From the NCBI GenBank assembly GCA_964195975.1, contig CAXMQZ010000126.1, positions 14,985 to 78,984 of the forward strand: a stretch of DNA of 64,000 bases. Reading direction: 5' to 3'. The stretch comes from an uncultured Polyangiaceae bacterium. GTDB lineage: Bacteria > Acidobacteriota > Thermoanaerobaculia > Multivoradales > JAHEKO01. Shown here piece by piece: positions 9,023 to 18,325 of this stretch (within the stretch, counting starts at the first letter, position 1; every line of letters starts with the position of its first letter). Under the pieces are notes generated by a model, which was not told the origin of the DNA, did no database searches, and saw only the letters and a program-made list of their open reading frames with translations. The translations under genes and the position numbers were made by a program.

Positions 9023-10875
9023 TTGGGGATGGCCAATCGCTGGCCGGGAAAGATGGTGCTACGACGGCTCAGACCGTTGGCTTGCATGAGGCGGCTCAAG
9101 GAGACGCCCTGTCGCTGGGCAATCTTTCCCAGCGTATCCCCGCGACGAACCAGGTAAGTAGGCTTCGAGCTCCCACTGCCGGCGCTGCCGCCGGCTCGAA
9201 TCGTCAGGCGTTGGCCTGGTTGCAGGGTGTCGTTGCGAATCCCGTTGTCTCGTTTGATTCGATCCACCGTAGTTCCATACCGGTTCGCGATGATCCACAG
9301 GCTGTCACCACGACGGACGCTGTAGGTCATCTCGGTGCCCGGAGCCAAAGCCTTCGACGAGGAAGCGACACGAGCGCTGCCGGGCCGGCCATCGGGCACC
9401 TGAAGCTGTTGGCCTGGCCAGATTCGGTTGGCGCTGCGAAGACGGTTGACATCCATCAGGAGCCTCACGCTGGTGCCATATCTCGAGGCAATACCAGAGA
9501 GCGTCTCACCGCTACGAACGCGATGTACTGAAAAGCTGTTGGCCGGAGCATGATACTCGGGCAAGCTCGCCAAACTGGCCAGCAGAACGTCGGTCTGGCC
9601 AGTGGGTATCTTGAGGTCGTAGGGATCGCTTGGCGTGGCTTTGCGCCGCAGCTCTGGATTCAAAAGCTCGAGGCTGCCGGCCTCGAGACTCATCGCCTTA
9701 TTCAGATTCTTGAGCTCTGCCGATCGCTCGATCTCGGTCGTATCCCACTCCAAGGCGGGATAGGGCTCGGGGAGATCGAAGCCGTAGGCCTCTGGATCGT
9801 CCATGATGGTCACCACCGCGAGAAACCGTGGCACGTAGCGTCTGGTTTCTCGAGGTAGTTGCGCATAGATGTCCCAAAACTGATCGAAGTAGCTCTCTTT
9901 TTGACTTCTTATGCGCCGAAGCACGGCGTTTTCGCCACAGTTGTAGGCCGCCATCGCTGTCAACCAGTCACCAAAGAGATTGTGTAGATCGGTCAAATAC
10001 CCGATGGCACCTAGTGTCGCTTTGGAGGGGTCGAGTCTCTCGTCGATCCACCAGTCGCGCTCTAAACCGTAGCGATAGCCTGTCGAAGAGATGAACTGCC
10101 ACAGCCCTAGTGCGCGAGCGCGCGACATGGCTCGAGACTTGAATCCACTCTCAACGAGAGGCAACCAGCTGATCTCTTCTGGCAGCCCCGCTAGTCGCAA
10201 CTCTTCAACGATCATCGATCGATAGAGCCCCGATCGCTGATAGGACTCTAGAAAGAACTCTCTCTCCGGCCCCTGGAAGCTCTTGATCTCACGCTCTACA
10301 TAGTCGTTCATGACGCGAGGAATTTCGCGCGACATATCACCAACCGTGGTCTGTCGTGATGCATAGACCTCGACGATGCGGCGGGAGATCACCTGCCGGA
10401 GATCCTCTTTCTCTTGCTCGATCAGGGCATCACCGTTTGGCGGCACATCCGCCATCAGCTGATAGGCACGATCCAGCGCGGCGAAAGCGTCGACGAAGTT
10501 TCCCTGCTCCCAGAAAACCACCGACGATTGGTAGGCCTCCAACGATTCCCGGAGCAGGGTCTCCGGATCGAGCGGGACAGGCTCTGGAGCAAGCTCCGCC
10601 ACCTCTTCTGCGGCCAGGACCTCAGGCCCCAACGTTTCGTCGAGCTCGACGATCTCGATCGGTCCATCCGGCTTGGGCTCCTCGTAGTTGATGACGACTG
10701 CGGGTGGAGCCCCGGTCGTATCGCTTGCCGCCGTATTCGATTCTGTCGTGGCACCGCTCTTGACCGAGACCTTGCCGGAGCTGGAGCAAGCGCCCAGGAC
10801 TAGCGCCACCAAGACGGGGCCAAGCGCCACGAAGAACTTGCTGTTTGGAGCCAATCTTGGTTGGAGATTTCGCAT
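9019..10875 (-). CDS. mltD: Membrane-bound lytic murein transglycosylase D (SLT domain plus three C-terminal LysM repeats)
   Basis: It has the SLT active-site region (AMAAYNCGENAV) and three LysM repeats (HRVRSGETLSGIASRYG, YSVRRGDSLWIIANRYG, YLVRRGDTLGKIAQRQG). A signal/lipoprotein N-terminus is present. Confidence 0.85.
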   Translation of the reverse strand: MRNLQPRLAPNSKFFVALGPVLVALVLGACSSSGKVSVKSGATTESNTAASDTTGAPPAVVINYEEPKPDGPIEIVELDETLGPEVLAAEEVAELAPEPVPLDPETLLRESLEAYQSSVVFWEQGNFVDAFAALDRAYQLMADVPPNGDALIEQEKEDLRQVISRRIVEVYASRQTTVGDMSREIPRVMNDYVEREIKSFQGPEREFFLESYQRSGLYRSMIVEELRLAGLPEEISWLPLVESGFKSRAMSRARALGLWQFISSTGYRYGLERDWWIDERLDPSKATLGAIGYLTDLHNLFGDWLTAMAAYNCGENAVLRRIRSQKESYFDQFWDIYAQLPRETRRYVPRFLAVVTIMDDPEAYGFDLPEPYPALEWDTTEIERSAELKNLNKAMSLEAGSLELLNPELRRKATPSDPYDLKIPTGQTDVLLASLASLPEYHAPANSFSVHRVRSGETLSGIASRYGTSVRLLMDVNRLRSANRIWPGQQLQVPDGRPGSARVASSSKALAPGTEMTYSVRRGDSLWIIANRYGTTVDRIKRDNGIRNDTLQPGQRLTIRAGGSAGSGSSKPTYLVRRGDTLGKIAQRQGVSLSRLMQANGLSRRSTIFPGQRLAIPN

Positions 10876-11149
10876 TTCCAGGTTCGATATCGTGAAGGCT
10901 GCACTACGACGATAGGGCGTATTCTACTCATATAGCTGAAAAATGCAGTCAAATTCTCCACGGACCCTCACGGTAGCTTCAACAGGTGCGTCAGAGGGCC
11001 CTTCAAAAGAGTAGACTCCTGCGGTGTTTTCCGGCCACCAATCGCCCAAGACGGTTTCTCGAGATTTGTTCCCACCCGAGCGGGTGGCGCAAAAAAAAGT
11101 CGGTGTAACTATCCTGCCCGGGATACATTTTCAGCTACGGAGAAATCTC

Positions 11150-12376
11150 ATGAAACAACGCATACTGACCATATTGACTCTAATCTTTGTCGGCAGTGCA
11201 GGCATCGGCTTCGCGGAGGAGGAAGCAGCAGCGACCTCGTTGAAGGAAGCCATCACCAAGGGAAAGCCAATTCTCAGCTTCCGATATCGATACGAGGACG
11301 TGACCGATGATGCAGTCGGCGAAAAACACGCCCGGGCTTCTACCCTACGGACCGCTTTCGGTTACAAAAGCCTCCCCTGGAAGGGCTTCAGCGTTCTTCT
11401 TGAAGGCGAAAACATCGCCGCGATCGGCAACGACCTCTACAACAACGCCGGTGGAGGAAGGTGTGACAACAACGGCGTTAGGGATCGGCCTGTAGTTGCC
11501 GATCCAGCCTGCACAAACATCAACCAGGCCTATGCGCAGTATCTGATCGGGAAAACAAAACTCCAACTCGGACGCGAAGAGATCATCGTCGGGGACTCAC
11601 GTTGGGTTGGCAATGTCGGCTGGCGCCAGAACCACCAATCGTTCGACGCCTTCACCCTACGAAGCGACTCCCTCGAGTGGGCCAAATTCTTCTACAGCTA
11701 CGTCGACAACGTAAGTCGCGTCACCGGCGCCAACGCGCCGATGAAAACGAATCTGGCCAACGCCGGCTTCAAGTTGGGGAAGGTCGGCGCACTGACGGCC
11801 TACGCCTATCTACTCGACTACAGCCAGAGCTCCCTGTTTGGCAAGTCCACCAAATCATTTGGGTTGGAGTTTCTGGGTTCCTGGGAGATCAGCGATGGGA
11901 TCACTCTGCTCTACGAGCTCGAGTACGCCGATCAGTCGGACGATGGCGACAACCCAAACAAGATCGGTGCCGATTACAACTACATTCTGGCTGGAGTGAA
12001 GCTCAAACCTTTGACGATCCGAGTCGGATACGAAGTCCTGGGAGGCAATCTGGAGGATGGTAGCCTCAACACCCCTCTCGCGACTCTGCACAAATGGAAC
12101 GGTTGGGCCGACAAATTCCTCAATACGCCACCGAAGGGACTCAAGGATTTCTACGTGCGGTTGGACGGTAAGGTAAAGTCCATAATCTGGACGCTGCGCT
12201 ACCACGACTTCGAGTCCGACCAGGACAGTGAGCCCTACGGATCGGAGTGGGACGGCCAAATCCTGTACAGGACTCCATGGGATCAGGGCTTTGGCCTCAA
12301 AGGCGCAATCTACGACGCCGACGAGTTTGCCGCAGACACGAAGAAGTTTTGGTTCTTCACGACCTATAAGATTTAG
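11150..12376 (+). CDS. Outer-membrane beta-barrel porin-like protein
   Basis: I placed the start at the ATG at 11150, preceded by GGAG. The signal peptide is MKQRILTILTLIFVGSAGIGFA. Alternating amphipathic beta-strand segments run throughout. Confidence 0.5.
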   Translation: MKQRILTILTLIFVGSAGIGFAEEEAAATSLKEAITKGKPILSFRYRYEDVTDDAVGEKHARASTLRTAFGYKSLPWKGFSVLLEGENIAAIGNDLYNNAGGGRCDNNGVRDRPVVADPACTNINQAYAQYLIGKTKLQLGREEIIVGDSRWVGNVGWRQNHQSFDAFTLRSDSLEWAKFFYSYVDNVSRVTGANAPMKTNLANAGFKLGKVGALTAYAYLLDYSQSSLFGKSTKSFGLEFLGSWEISDGITLLYELEYADQSDDGDNPNKIGADYNYILAGVKLKPLTIRVGYEVLGGNLEDGSLNTPLATLHKWNGWADKFLNTPPKGLKDFYVRLDGKVKSIIWTLRYHDFESDQDSEPYGSEWDGQILYRTPWDQGFGLKGAIYDADEFAADTKKFWFFTTYKI

Positions 12377-12487
12377 CAATTGCTACATCACAGAAGACAA
12401 ATCGAAACTGACTCGTAGCGCCACTGCGAGGATCGCCCTAGCGGCGATCGATCGGATTCCATGCGATCCTGCTCACCCACTGCTGGA

Positions 12488-13366
12488 CTATGACCCTGGA
12501 TAGATCTCCAGCGTGATCGGCTGAGTCAGCTCTAGGTCGACCCGCGTTCCCGCGGGTACCTCGACTGGCTTTGCTTTCGTCTTCTTGGCGGCATAGGCGC
12601 CTCCCAGGCCGCCCAGGATCGCTCCTACTACGCCACCCTCTCCATCCTCGATCGCTTCTCCGATAATGGCGCCGCCGATTGTCGAGCCTCCGATGATCGC
12701 CGCATCTTTGGTTGTCTGACTCTTGCCCGCCTGGGCGAATTGAGCCGACATCGGGCGTCTCTGCCCCGACCCCAGATCGAGGGTTTCGAATTCAAGCGAG
12801 AGATGTGCTCTCCCGCCGATCTTCTTCGCCGGGTCGGCCTCGGTGACTCGACCAATCACCGTTGAGCCCCGTCTGATCGCCACTCGGCCTTCGGCAGCAA
12901 TGTCCTGAGTAATGGTGGCATAAAACTGCTGACCGACCTGGCTGGTATGACTAGATAGATGATCTTCGATCTCGACCCTCAAAACAGTGCCCACCGGAAC
13001 CGTCACTAGGACCGGTTTTGGCGGCGGAGGGGGAGAAACCGTGGCTATGGGAGGTGGGTACTGCGCATAAACAGGTTTGGGGCTCACGGGTCGTGGCGAG
13101 CTCGGGGCGGTTGGTCGAGGAGGTGTCACCACTGGTGATCGATACGGAACCGGCGTCACCGACTCTTTCGAGACCAAGGGGGCTGTCTCGACAGTCGAGA
13201 CATCTTCACTCGACACCAACGACTGCTCTGCCTCTTCTGCCGCCACCACCTGGTCTGCGGTTGCAATCGCGACTGTCTCCTCATGGCGACACCCACTGAG
13301 GACAACTAGCGCTGCACAGCTGAGAGCTAGAGAGAGAACTTGTTTACCTAGCGACTTGTGGGTCAT
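12488..13366 (-). CDS. Lipoprotein with a Pro-rich linker and a C-terminal glycine-zipper domain
   Basis: It has a lipobox (LSGC), a PPPP-rich segment and a C-terminal GxxxG zipper (IIGGSTIGGAIIGEAIEDGEGGVVGAILGGLGGAYAA). Confidence 0.55.
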   Translation of the reverse strand: MTHKSLGKQVLSLALSCAALVVLSGCRHEETVAIATADQVVAAEEAEQSLVSSEDVSTVETAPLVSKESVTPVPYRSPVVTPPRPTAPSSPRPVSPKPVYAQYPPPIATVSPPPPPKPVLVTVPVGTVLRVEIEDHLSSHTSQVGQQFYATITQDIAAEGRVAIRRGSTVIGRVTEADPAKKIGGRAHLSLEFETLDLGSGQRRPMSAQFAQAGKSQTTKDAAIIGGSTIGGAIIGEAIEDGEGGVVGAILGGLGGAYAAKKTKAKPVEVPAGTRVDLELTQPITLEIYPGS

Positions 13367-13604
13367 TGTGAGCTCCTTTTGTTCAATCTTCAGGATTAAC
13401 GCGTCCGACGGCTGTGAACCAGTTCACACTCCCACGCGTCCTTCACTCTAGAACTGCAATCCACGGGCCAAAAACTCGATCGGTTAGCCCAACCCGCGCC
13501 GGCTCAAAGGACTTCTCATCGACACCGATCCGGTAAGATCCTCCAGAACCACAGAGCGATCCAAGCGTATGACTATGTGGTAGCCGTGGAGGGATCAACC
13601 ATCT

Positions 13605-14768
13605 ATGTGGAACCGACTGGGAACGAGCCTCGCAGCAATTCTGATTGCGGCCCTACTGTCAGGGTCGAACTTGTCCTGCAACCGAGCCGAGCAATCGAAC
13701 GCCGAATCTGGTGACGGAACCTCTTCGAAAACCGAGAAGCCGGAAAAGAAAAAAAAGTTCTGGGGCAAGAACTCTGAACCTGTCGAAAAGGAAGAAGATC
13801 AGTCTGTCCCGGTCGAGATCACCGAGTTGAGCCGCGGACGGATCGAATCGATTCTCCGTTTTTCGACAAATCTCGAGGCCGAGAACGAAGTTCAGGTCAT
13901 CTCCGAGGCTGCCAGGAAGATTCGCAGCCTTCTGGTCGAGGAGGGCGACGATGTTCGGCAGAACCAGGTCCTGATCCGTCTCCAGGACGAAGAACAGCGC
14001 AACGAGATCGCTCGGGTCGAGAGCCAGCTGGCGAATGCTCGTCGCGAATACGAGCGCCGAACCAATCTCTATGGTCAACAGTTGATCAGCGAGCAAGAGT
14101 ACAACCAAGCGACCTACGATCTCGAGCAGTTCGAGATCGCCCTCAAGGACGCTCAGCGTCAATTGAGCTACACCGAAGTACGGGCGCCGATCAGCGGCAC
14201 CATCACGCAGCGAATGATCAACATAGGTGATCAGATCAGTGTCAATCAGCACCTCTTCGACATCGTCGACTTCGACTCGATCGTCGCTCGTATCTACGTG
14301 CCGGAGAAGGAGCTTTACCGAATACGGCCCGGGCAGAGCGCGAGAATTTTCGCCGACGCGGCAAGCGGTGAAGAGCGGTTTGGAAGCATCGACCGAATTG
14401 CGCCGCGCGTTGACCCCCGTAGCGGGACGATCAAGGTGACCGTCTCCATCCCTCGCAGTCAGGGCCTGCTGCCCGGGATGTACGTAACGGCAGAGTTGAT
14501 TACCGAGGTCCATGAAGATGCTCTCCTACTACCCAAGAGGGCGATCGTTTACGATGCCGATCAGATTTTTGTGTTCCGCCTAAAAGACGACTCTACGGTG
14601 GAACGCTTGCTGATCCGGCCAGCCCTCCAGGACCGCGACAACGTCGAGCCCGCTGGCACCCTCAACGAAGGCGACCGCATCGTCATTGCCGGACAAGCGA
14701 GTCTCAAAGACGGCTCAGAAGTCAGGATCGTGGGTGGTACTGCCCCGGTTGAAACAGCCTCCAACTAA
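13605..14768 (+). CDS. Efflux RND transporter periplasmic adaptor subunit (HlyD/MdtA-like)
   Basis: It has a coiled-coil hairpin and the beta-barrel motif EVRAPISGTIT. Its stop lies 3 nt before the RND permease start. Confidence 0.85.
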   Translation: MWNRLGTSLAAILIAALLSGSNLSCNRAEQSNAESGDGTSSKTEKPEKKKKFWGKNSEPVEKEEDQSVPVEITELSRGRIESILRFSTNLEAENEVQVISEAARKIRSLLVEEGDDVRQNQVLIRLQDEEQRNEIARVESQLANARREYERRTNLYGQQLISEQEYNQATYDLEQFEIALKDAQRQLSYTEVRAPISGTITQRMINIGDQISVNQHLFDIVDFDSIVARIYVPEKELYRIRPGQSARIFADAASGEERFGSIDRIAPRVDPRSGTIKVTVSIPRSQGLLPGMYVTAELITEVHEDALLLPKRAIVYDADQIFVFRLKDDSTVERLLIRPALQDRDNVEPAGTLNEGDRIVIAGQASLKDGSEVRIVGGTAPVETASN

Positions 14769-14770
14769 GC

Positions 14771-17700
14771 ATGGCTGACCTGTCCAGCTTCACGACTCGC
14801 CGTCCAGTGGCCATCACCATGGTCTTCGTGGCGGCTGTAGTGTTCGGTTTCTTTTCGTACGGTCGTTTGCCCGTCAATTTGATGCCGGAGCTCTCCTACC
14901 CCACCCTCACCGTACGCACGGAGTATCCGGGCACAGCACCCGAGGAAGTCGAAAATGACATAAGTCGACCGGTCGAGGAGGCTCTCGGTGTCGTAGGGGG
15001 GCTTCGCCGCGTCAGCAGCATCAGCCGTGCGGGTGTCAGCGATGTCGTTCTCGAATTCACCTGGGACACGTCGATGTCGCAAGCTATTCAGGATTCGCTC
15101 GAGAAGCTCGACCTGATCCTCCTGCCCGACGACGCCGAGCGACCGCTGATTTTGCGATTCGATCCGTCGCTGGACCCGGTGATGGAACTGAGTCTCTCGG
15201 GCGTTGGAGATCGGTACGAGGGTGAGGAGGGCCTACGTAGGCTACGGCGAATCGCCGACCTTCAGCTCAAACGAGCTCTCGAGCCGATCAAGGGCGTAGC
15301 TGCGGTGCGAATCCGGGGTGGCCTGGAAGAGGAGATCCATGTCCTGTTGGACGAGTACGAGCTCCGTCGCACCGATCTGGATATCCAAATCGTGATCGAT
15401 CGCCTGGCCCAGGAGAACATCAACATGGCTGGCGGAACACTTACCGAGGGGCGAACCGAGTACATGGTTCGCACGTTGAACGAGTACGAAAATCTCGAAG
15501 AGATCGAACGAACTGTTGTCGCACGCTTTGAAGATCGAGACGTTCGAATCGGTCAGATCGGAAGCGTGGTAAGAGCTCACAAAGAACGCGAAATTCTGAC
15601 TCGCACAAACGGTCACGAGAGTGTCCAGATCGACATATTCAAGGAGGCCGACGCCAACATCGTGGCCCTGGCGAAAAGAGTCAAGGCCGAGCTTGGCGAC
15701 TTCGACCTGGAAGAGGCCAGGAGTCAAGCTGGACTGAGCCTCGAGGAGAAGAAGGCACTAGAAGCCGAGAAAACGATCGCTGAAAAGAAGGCCTGGTGGC
15801 AGCGGCTGCGTAGGCAAAAAGCGGAAAAGCCACAGGGTCTGATCGAGCAGACCTGGATCAATGAGGGAGCCGACTTGGCCTTGGTCGCGGACCGTTCACT
15901 GTTTATCGAGAGCAGTATTACCGAGGTGCGCAATACGGCCATTCTGGGAGGTCTCCTTGCGGTGCTGGTGCTCTACTTTTTCCTGATGGATCTTCGCACC
16001 ACCGCGATCATTGCAGTGAGTATTCCGATATCTCTACTGGTTACATTCGCACCGCTCAACATGCTCGGTGTCAGTCTGAACATCATGTCTCTTGGGGGGT
16101 TGGCTCTTGGCATCGGAATGTTGGTCGATTCCTCGATCGTTGTTCTCGAGTCGATTTTCAGATGCCGCCAGGAGGGAGACAGTCTGGAAACCGCTGCCAA
16201 TCGTGGAACACAGGAAGTCCGCGGTGCGGTGATCGCTTCCACGATGACCACCATCGCTGTTTTTTTCCCAATGGTCTTTGTCGAGGGGGTGGCGGGCCAA
16301 GCATTCGGAGATCTCGGCTTAGCGGTGGTGATCTCGCTAATGGCATCGCTGGCTGTGGCCCTGTTCCTGATCCCGATGCTGGCCAGTAGAGAGGGCTTGA
16401 CCTGGACCGAGTCAGCTCCCATCGAAACTCATTGGGGAGAATTCACGGCCTGGCGCACCTTCCAAAACGACTGGATCGACTACTACAAGGTTCTTGGCTC
16501 CAGCAGTGGAGCCGGCAAGGCATTTCGCGTCATCGGATACCCGCTGGTGGCGGTCTACTTTTGTCTTCGCTTCTTGCTTGGGGCGATCTTCGAAACAGCT
16601 GGCAAAATCCTGCTCGCCGTTCTGCGAGCGATCCTATGGCTGACGCAGACGATCATTTTGCCAATGCTCCGGCGGATTCTTGGTGTCGTCATGATCCTGC
16701 CGCTAAAAGCGACCCAGTGGCTGCTCGATACCCTCCACAATATCTACCCACCAGCTCTTCGCTGGGCGCTGCGCAATCCATTGGCAATCTTTGTTTTGAC
16801 CATCGGTTGTTTTGTGCTCACCGGCTGGGCGGTGGCATCCCTCGACAGCGAGCTGCTTCCAGAGGTTCATCAGGGTGAGTTCACGGTCGAGATTGCATTG
16901 CCGGTCGGAACCCCGATCGAGTCGACCGAGACCATCGTGGCGCCAGTCGAAGCCGCAATCCTGGCTGAACGAGAGCACATCGAGGGGTTGGTTCTGACCG
17001 TCGGCTACGACGCAGCTTTTTCCAACCGCTCGGATGAAGGCGAGCATACAGCGCGGTTCAAGGTTCTTCTCGACCGAGCCGACCCACGAGTCGAACAACG
17101 AGTCATCAGACGCCTGCGACACAGGTTTGCCCAGATCCCCGATCTCAACGCCCGCATCTCGAGACCGGTTCTGTTCAGCTTCAAGGCACCGATCGAGATC
17201 GAGGTTCACGGGGACAACCTGATTCAGCTCAGACAGCAGGCACAGATCGTCGAGGAGACGATGGCGACCTTGCCCCAGTTGGCGGATGTCGAGTCGACCC
17301 AGCGCCGAGGAGCACCCGAGGTCCAGATCGTCTATAACCGAGATCTACTAGCCCGCTACCATCTGAATCCGGGACAAGTAGCTCGTCTCGTACGCGACAA
17401 GGTTCAAGGTTTTGAAGCCACTCGCTTCAATTTGAAGGATCGTCGGATTCCGATCGTTGTTCGACTCCAAATGCTCGACCGTGAGAGCGTCGAAGATGTC
17501 CGTGACCTGATCATCAATCCGGGCGGAGAAAAACCGATCCCGTTATCTGCCGTGGCTACGGTCGAGCTCGCCGAGGGCCCAAGCGAGGTACGTAGAGTCG
17601 ATGGCCGCAGAGTCGCATTGGTCAGTGCCAACATCGCTGACGGATCGTTGGGCAGTGCGGTGGATGCGATTCGAGACGAGCTCGATGCCCTTAGCTGGCC

Positions 17701-18307
17701 AACAGGGACAGCCTTTTTTGTCGCCGGCCAAAACGAGGAGTGGGAGAACAGCCAGGGCAGCCTGATGCTGGCCCTGGCACTGTCGATTTTTCTGGTCTAC
17801 GTAATCATGGCAGCCCAGTTCGAGTCCCTTTGGCATCCCCTGGTCATCCTCTTCACAATACCGCTGGCCTTTTTTGGCACCGTGTTTACCTTGAAAGCGC
17901 TAAACATCAGCCTGTCGATTGTCGTATTCCTGGGGATGATCATGTTGGCCGGCATCGTGGTAAACAACGCCATCGTGCTGGTGGACTACATCAATATTCT
18001 CCGGCGGCGAGGAATGGAGACTGAAGAAGCTGTCGTGACTGCTGGAACGGTGCGCCTTCGCCCAATCCTCATGACGACTGCAACAACCACATTGGGTCTG
18101 CTGCCCATGGCGGTTGGGGTCGGCGACGGCGCCGAGTTGAGAACGCCGATGGCGGTCGCTGTAATCAGTGGTCTCTTGGTGTCGACTCTTCTGACGTTGA
18201 TCATTATTCCTTCGATCTACACCGAGATCGACCGCTTGAAATCCCGAGCTTTGGGGCAAGAATCACCCGCACCGCCCCAACCGGCTCCTTCGGAAGTCGG
18301 CTACTAG
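14771..18307 (+). CDS. RND efflux permease 1 (AcrB/MdtB-like). At 1178 aa it is longer than typical RND permeases because of two insertions.
   Basis: It has the 12-TM RND architecture with two large periplasmic loops. An extra hydrophobic insertion lies between TM6 and TM7. Confidence 0.9.
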   Translation: MADLSSFTTRRPVAITMVFVAAVVFGFFSYGRLPVNLMPELSYPTLTVRTEYPGTAPEEVENDISRPVEEALGVVGGLRRVSSISRAGVSDVVLEFTWDTSMSQAIQDSLEKLDLILLPDDAERPLILRFDPSLDPVMELSLSGVGDRYEGEEGLRRLRRIADLQLKRALEPIKGVAAVRIRGGLEEEIHVLLDEYELRRTDLDIQIVIDRLAQENINMAGGTLTEGRTEYMVRTLNEYENLEEIERTVVARFEDRDVRIGQIGSVVRAHKEREILTRTNGHESVQIDIFKEADANIVALAKRVKAELGDFDLEEARSQAGLSLEEKKALEAEKTIAEKKAWWQRLRRQKAEKPQGLIEQTWINEGADLALVADRSLFIESSITEVRNTAILGGLLAVLVLYFFLMDLRTTAIIAVSIPISLLVTFAPLNMLGVSLNIMSLGGLALGIGMLVDSSIVVLESIFRCRQEGDSLETAANRGTQEVRGAVIASTMTTIAVFFPMVFVEGVAGQAFGDLGLAVVISLMASLAVALFLIPMLASREGLTWTESAPIETHWGEFTAWRTFQNDWIDYYKVLGSSSGAGKAFRVIGYPLVAVYFCLRFLLGAIFETAGKILLAVLRAILWLTQTIILPMLRRILGVVMILPLKATQWLLDTLHNIYPPALRWALRNPLAIFVLTIGCFVLTGWAVASLDSELLPEVHQGEFTVEIALPVGTPIESTETIVAPVEAAILAEREHIEGLVLTVGYDAAFSNRSDEGEHTARFKVLLDRADPRVEQRVIRRLRHRFAQIPDLNARISRPVLFSFKAPIEIEVHGDNLIQLRQQAQIVEETMATLPQLADVESTQRRGAPEVQIVYNRDLLARYHLNPGQVARLVRDKVQGFEATRFNLKDRRIPIVVRLQMLDRESVEDVRDLIINPGGEKPIPLSAVATVELAEGPSEVRRVDGRRVALVSANIADGSLGSAVDAIRDELDALSWPTGTAFFVAGQNEEWENSQGSLMLALALSIFLVYVIMAAQFESLWHPLVILFTIPLAFFGTVFTLKALNISLSIVVFLGMIMLAGIVVNNAIVLVDYINILRRRGMETEEAVVTAGTVRLRPILMTTATTTLGLLPMAVGVGDGAELRTPMAVAVISGLLVSTLLTLIIIPSIYTEIDRLKSRALGQESPAPPQPAPSEVGY

Positions 18308-18325
18308 AAGAAGAGATTGCACCGC

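Noticed and set aside
8472-9089. 205-aa plus-strand ORF spanning the desaturase 3' half and the palindrome
   Set aside because: It is out of frame with the desaturase, which has intact histidine boxes, and it runs through the terminator-like palindrome into mltD.
11072-11098. Hairpin CCACCCGAGCGGGTGG followed by A8, upstream of the porin gene
   Set aside because: It looked like an intrinsic terminator. On the plus strand, however, the run is A rather than T, and on the minus strand the U-run would precede the stem. It is therefore not a canonical terminator in either orientation and may just be a leader hairpin.
12431-12449. 7-bp stem hairpin (GATCGCC-CTAGC-GGCGATC) between the convergent porin and lipoprotein genes
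   Set aside because: It is a plausible bidirectional terminator, but the stem is short and has no U-tract. That is not enough evidence to call it.
13659-14513. 284-aa minus-strand ORF
   Set aside because: It is antisense to the RND adaptor subunit gene, which has clear family motifs.
15242-18259. Multiple minus-strand ORFs (15242-15727, 15973-16422, 16703-17209, 17900-18259)
   Set aside because: They are antisense to the RND permease 1 gene.
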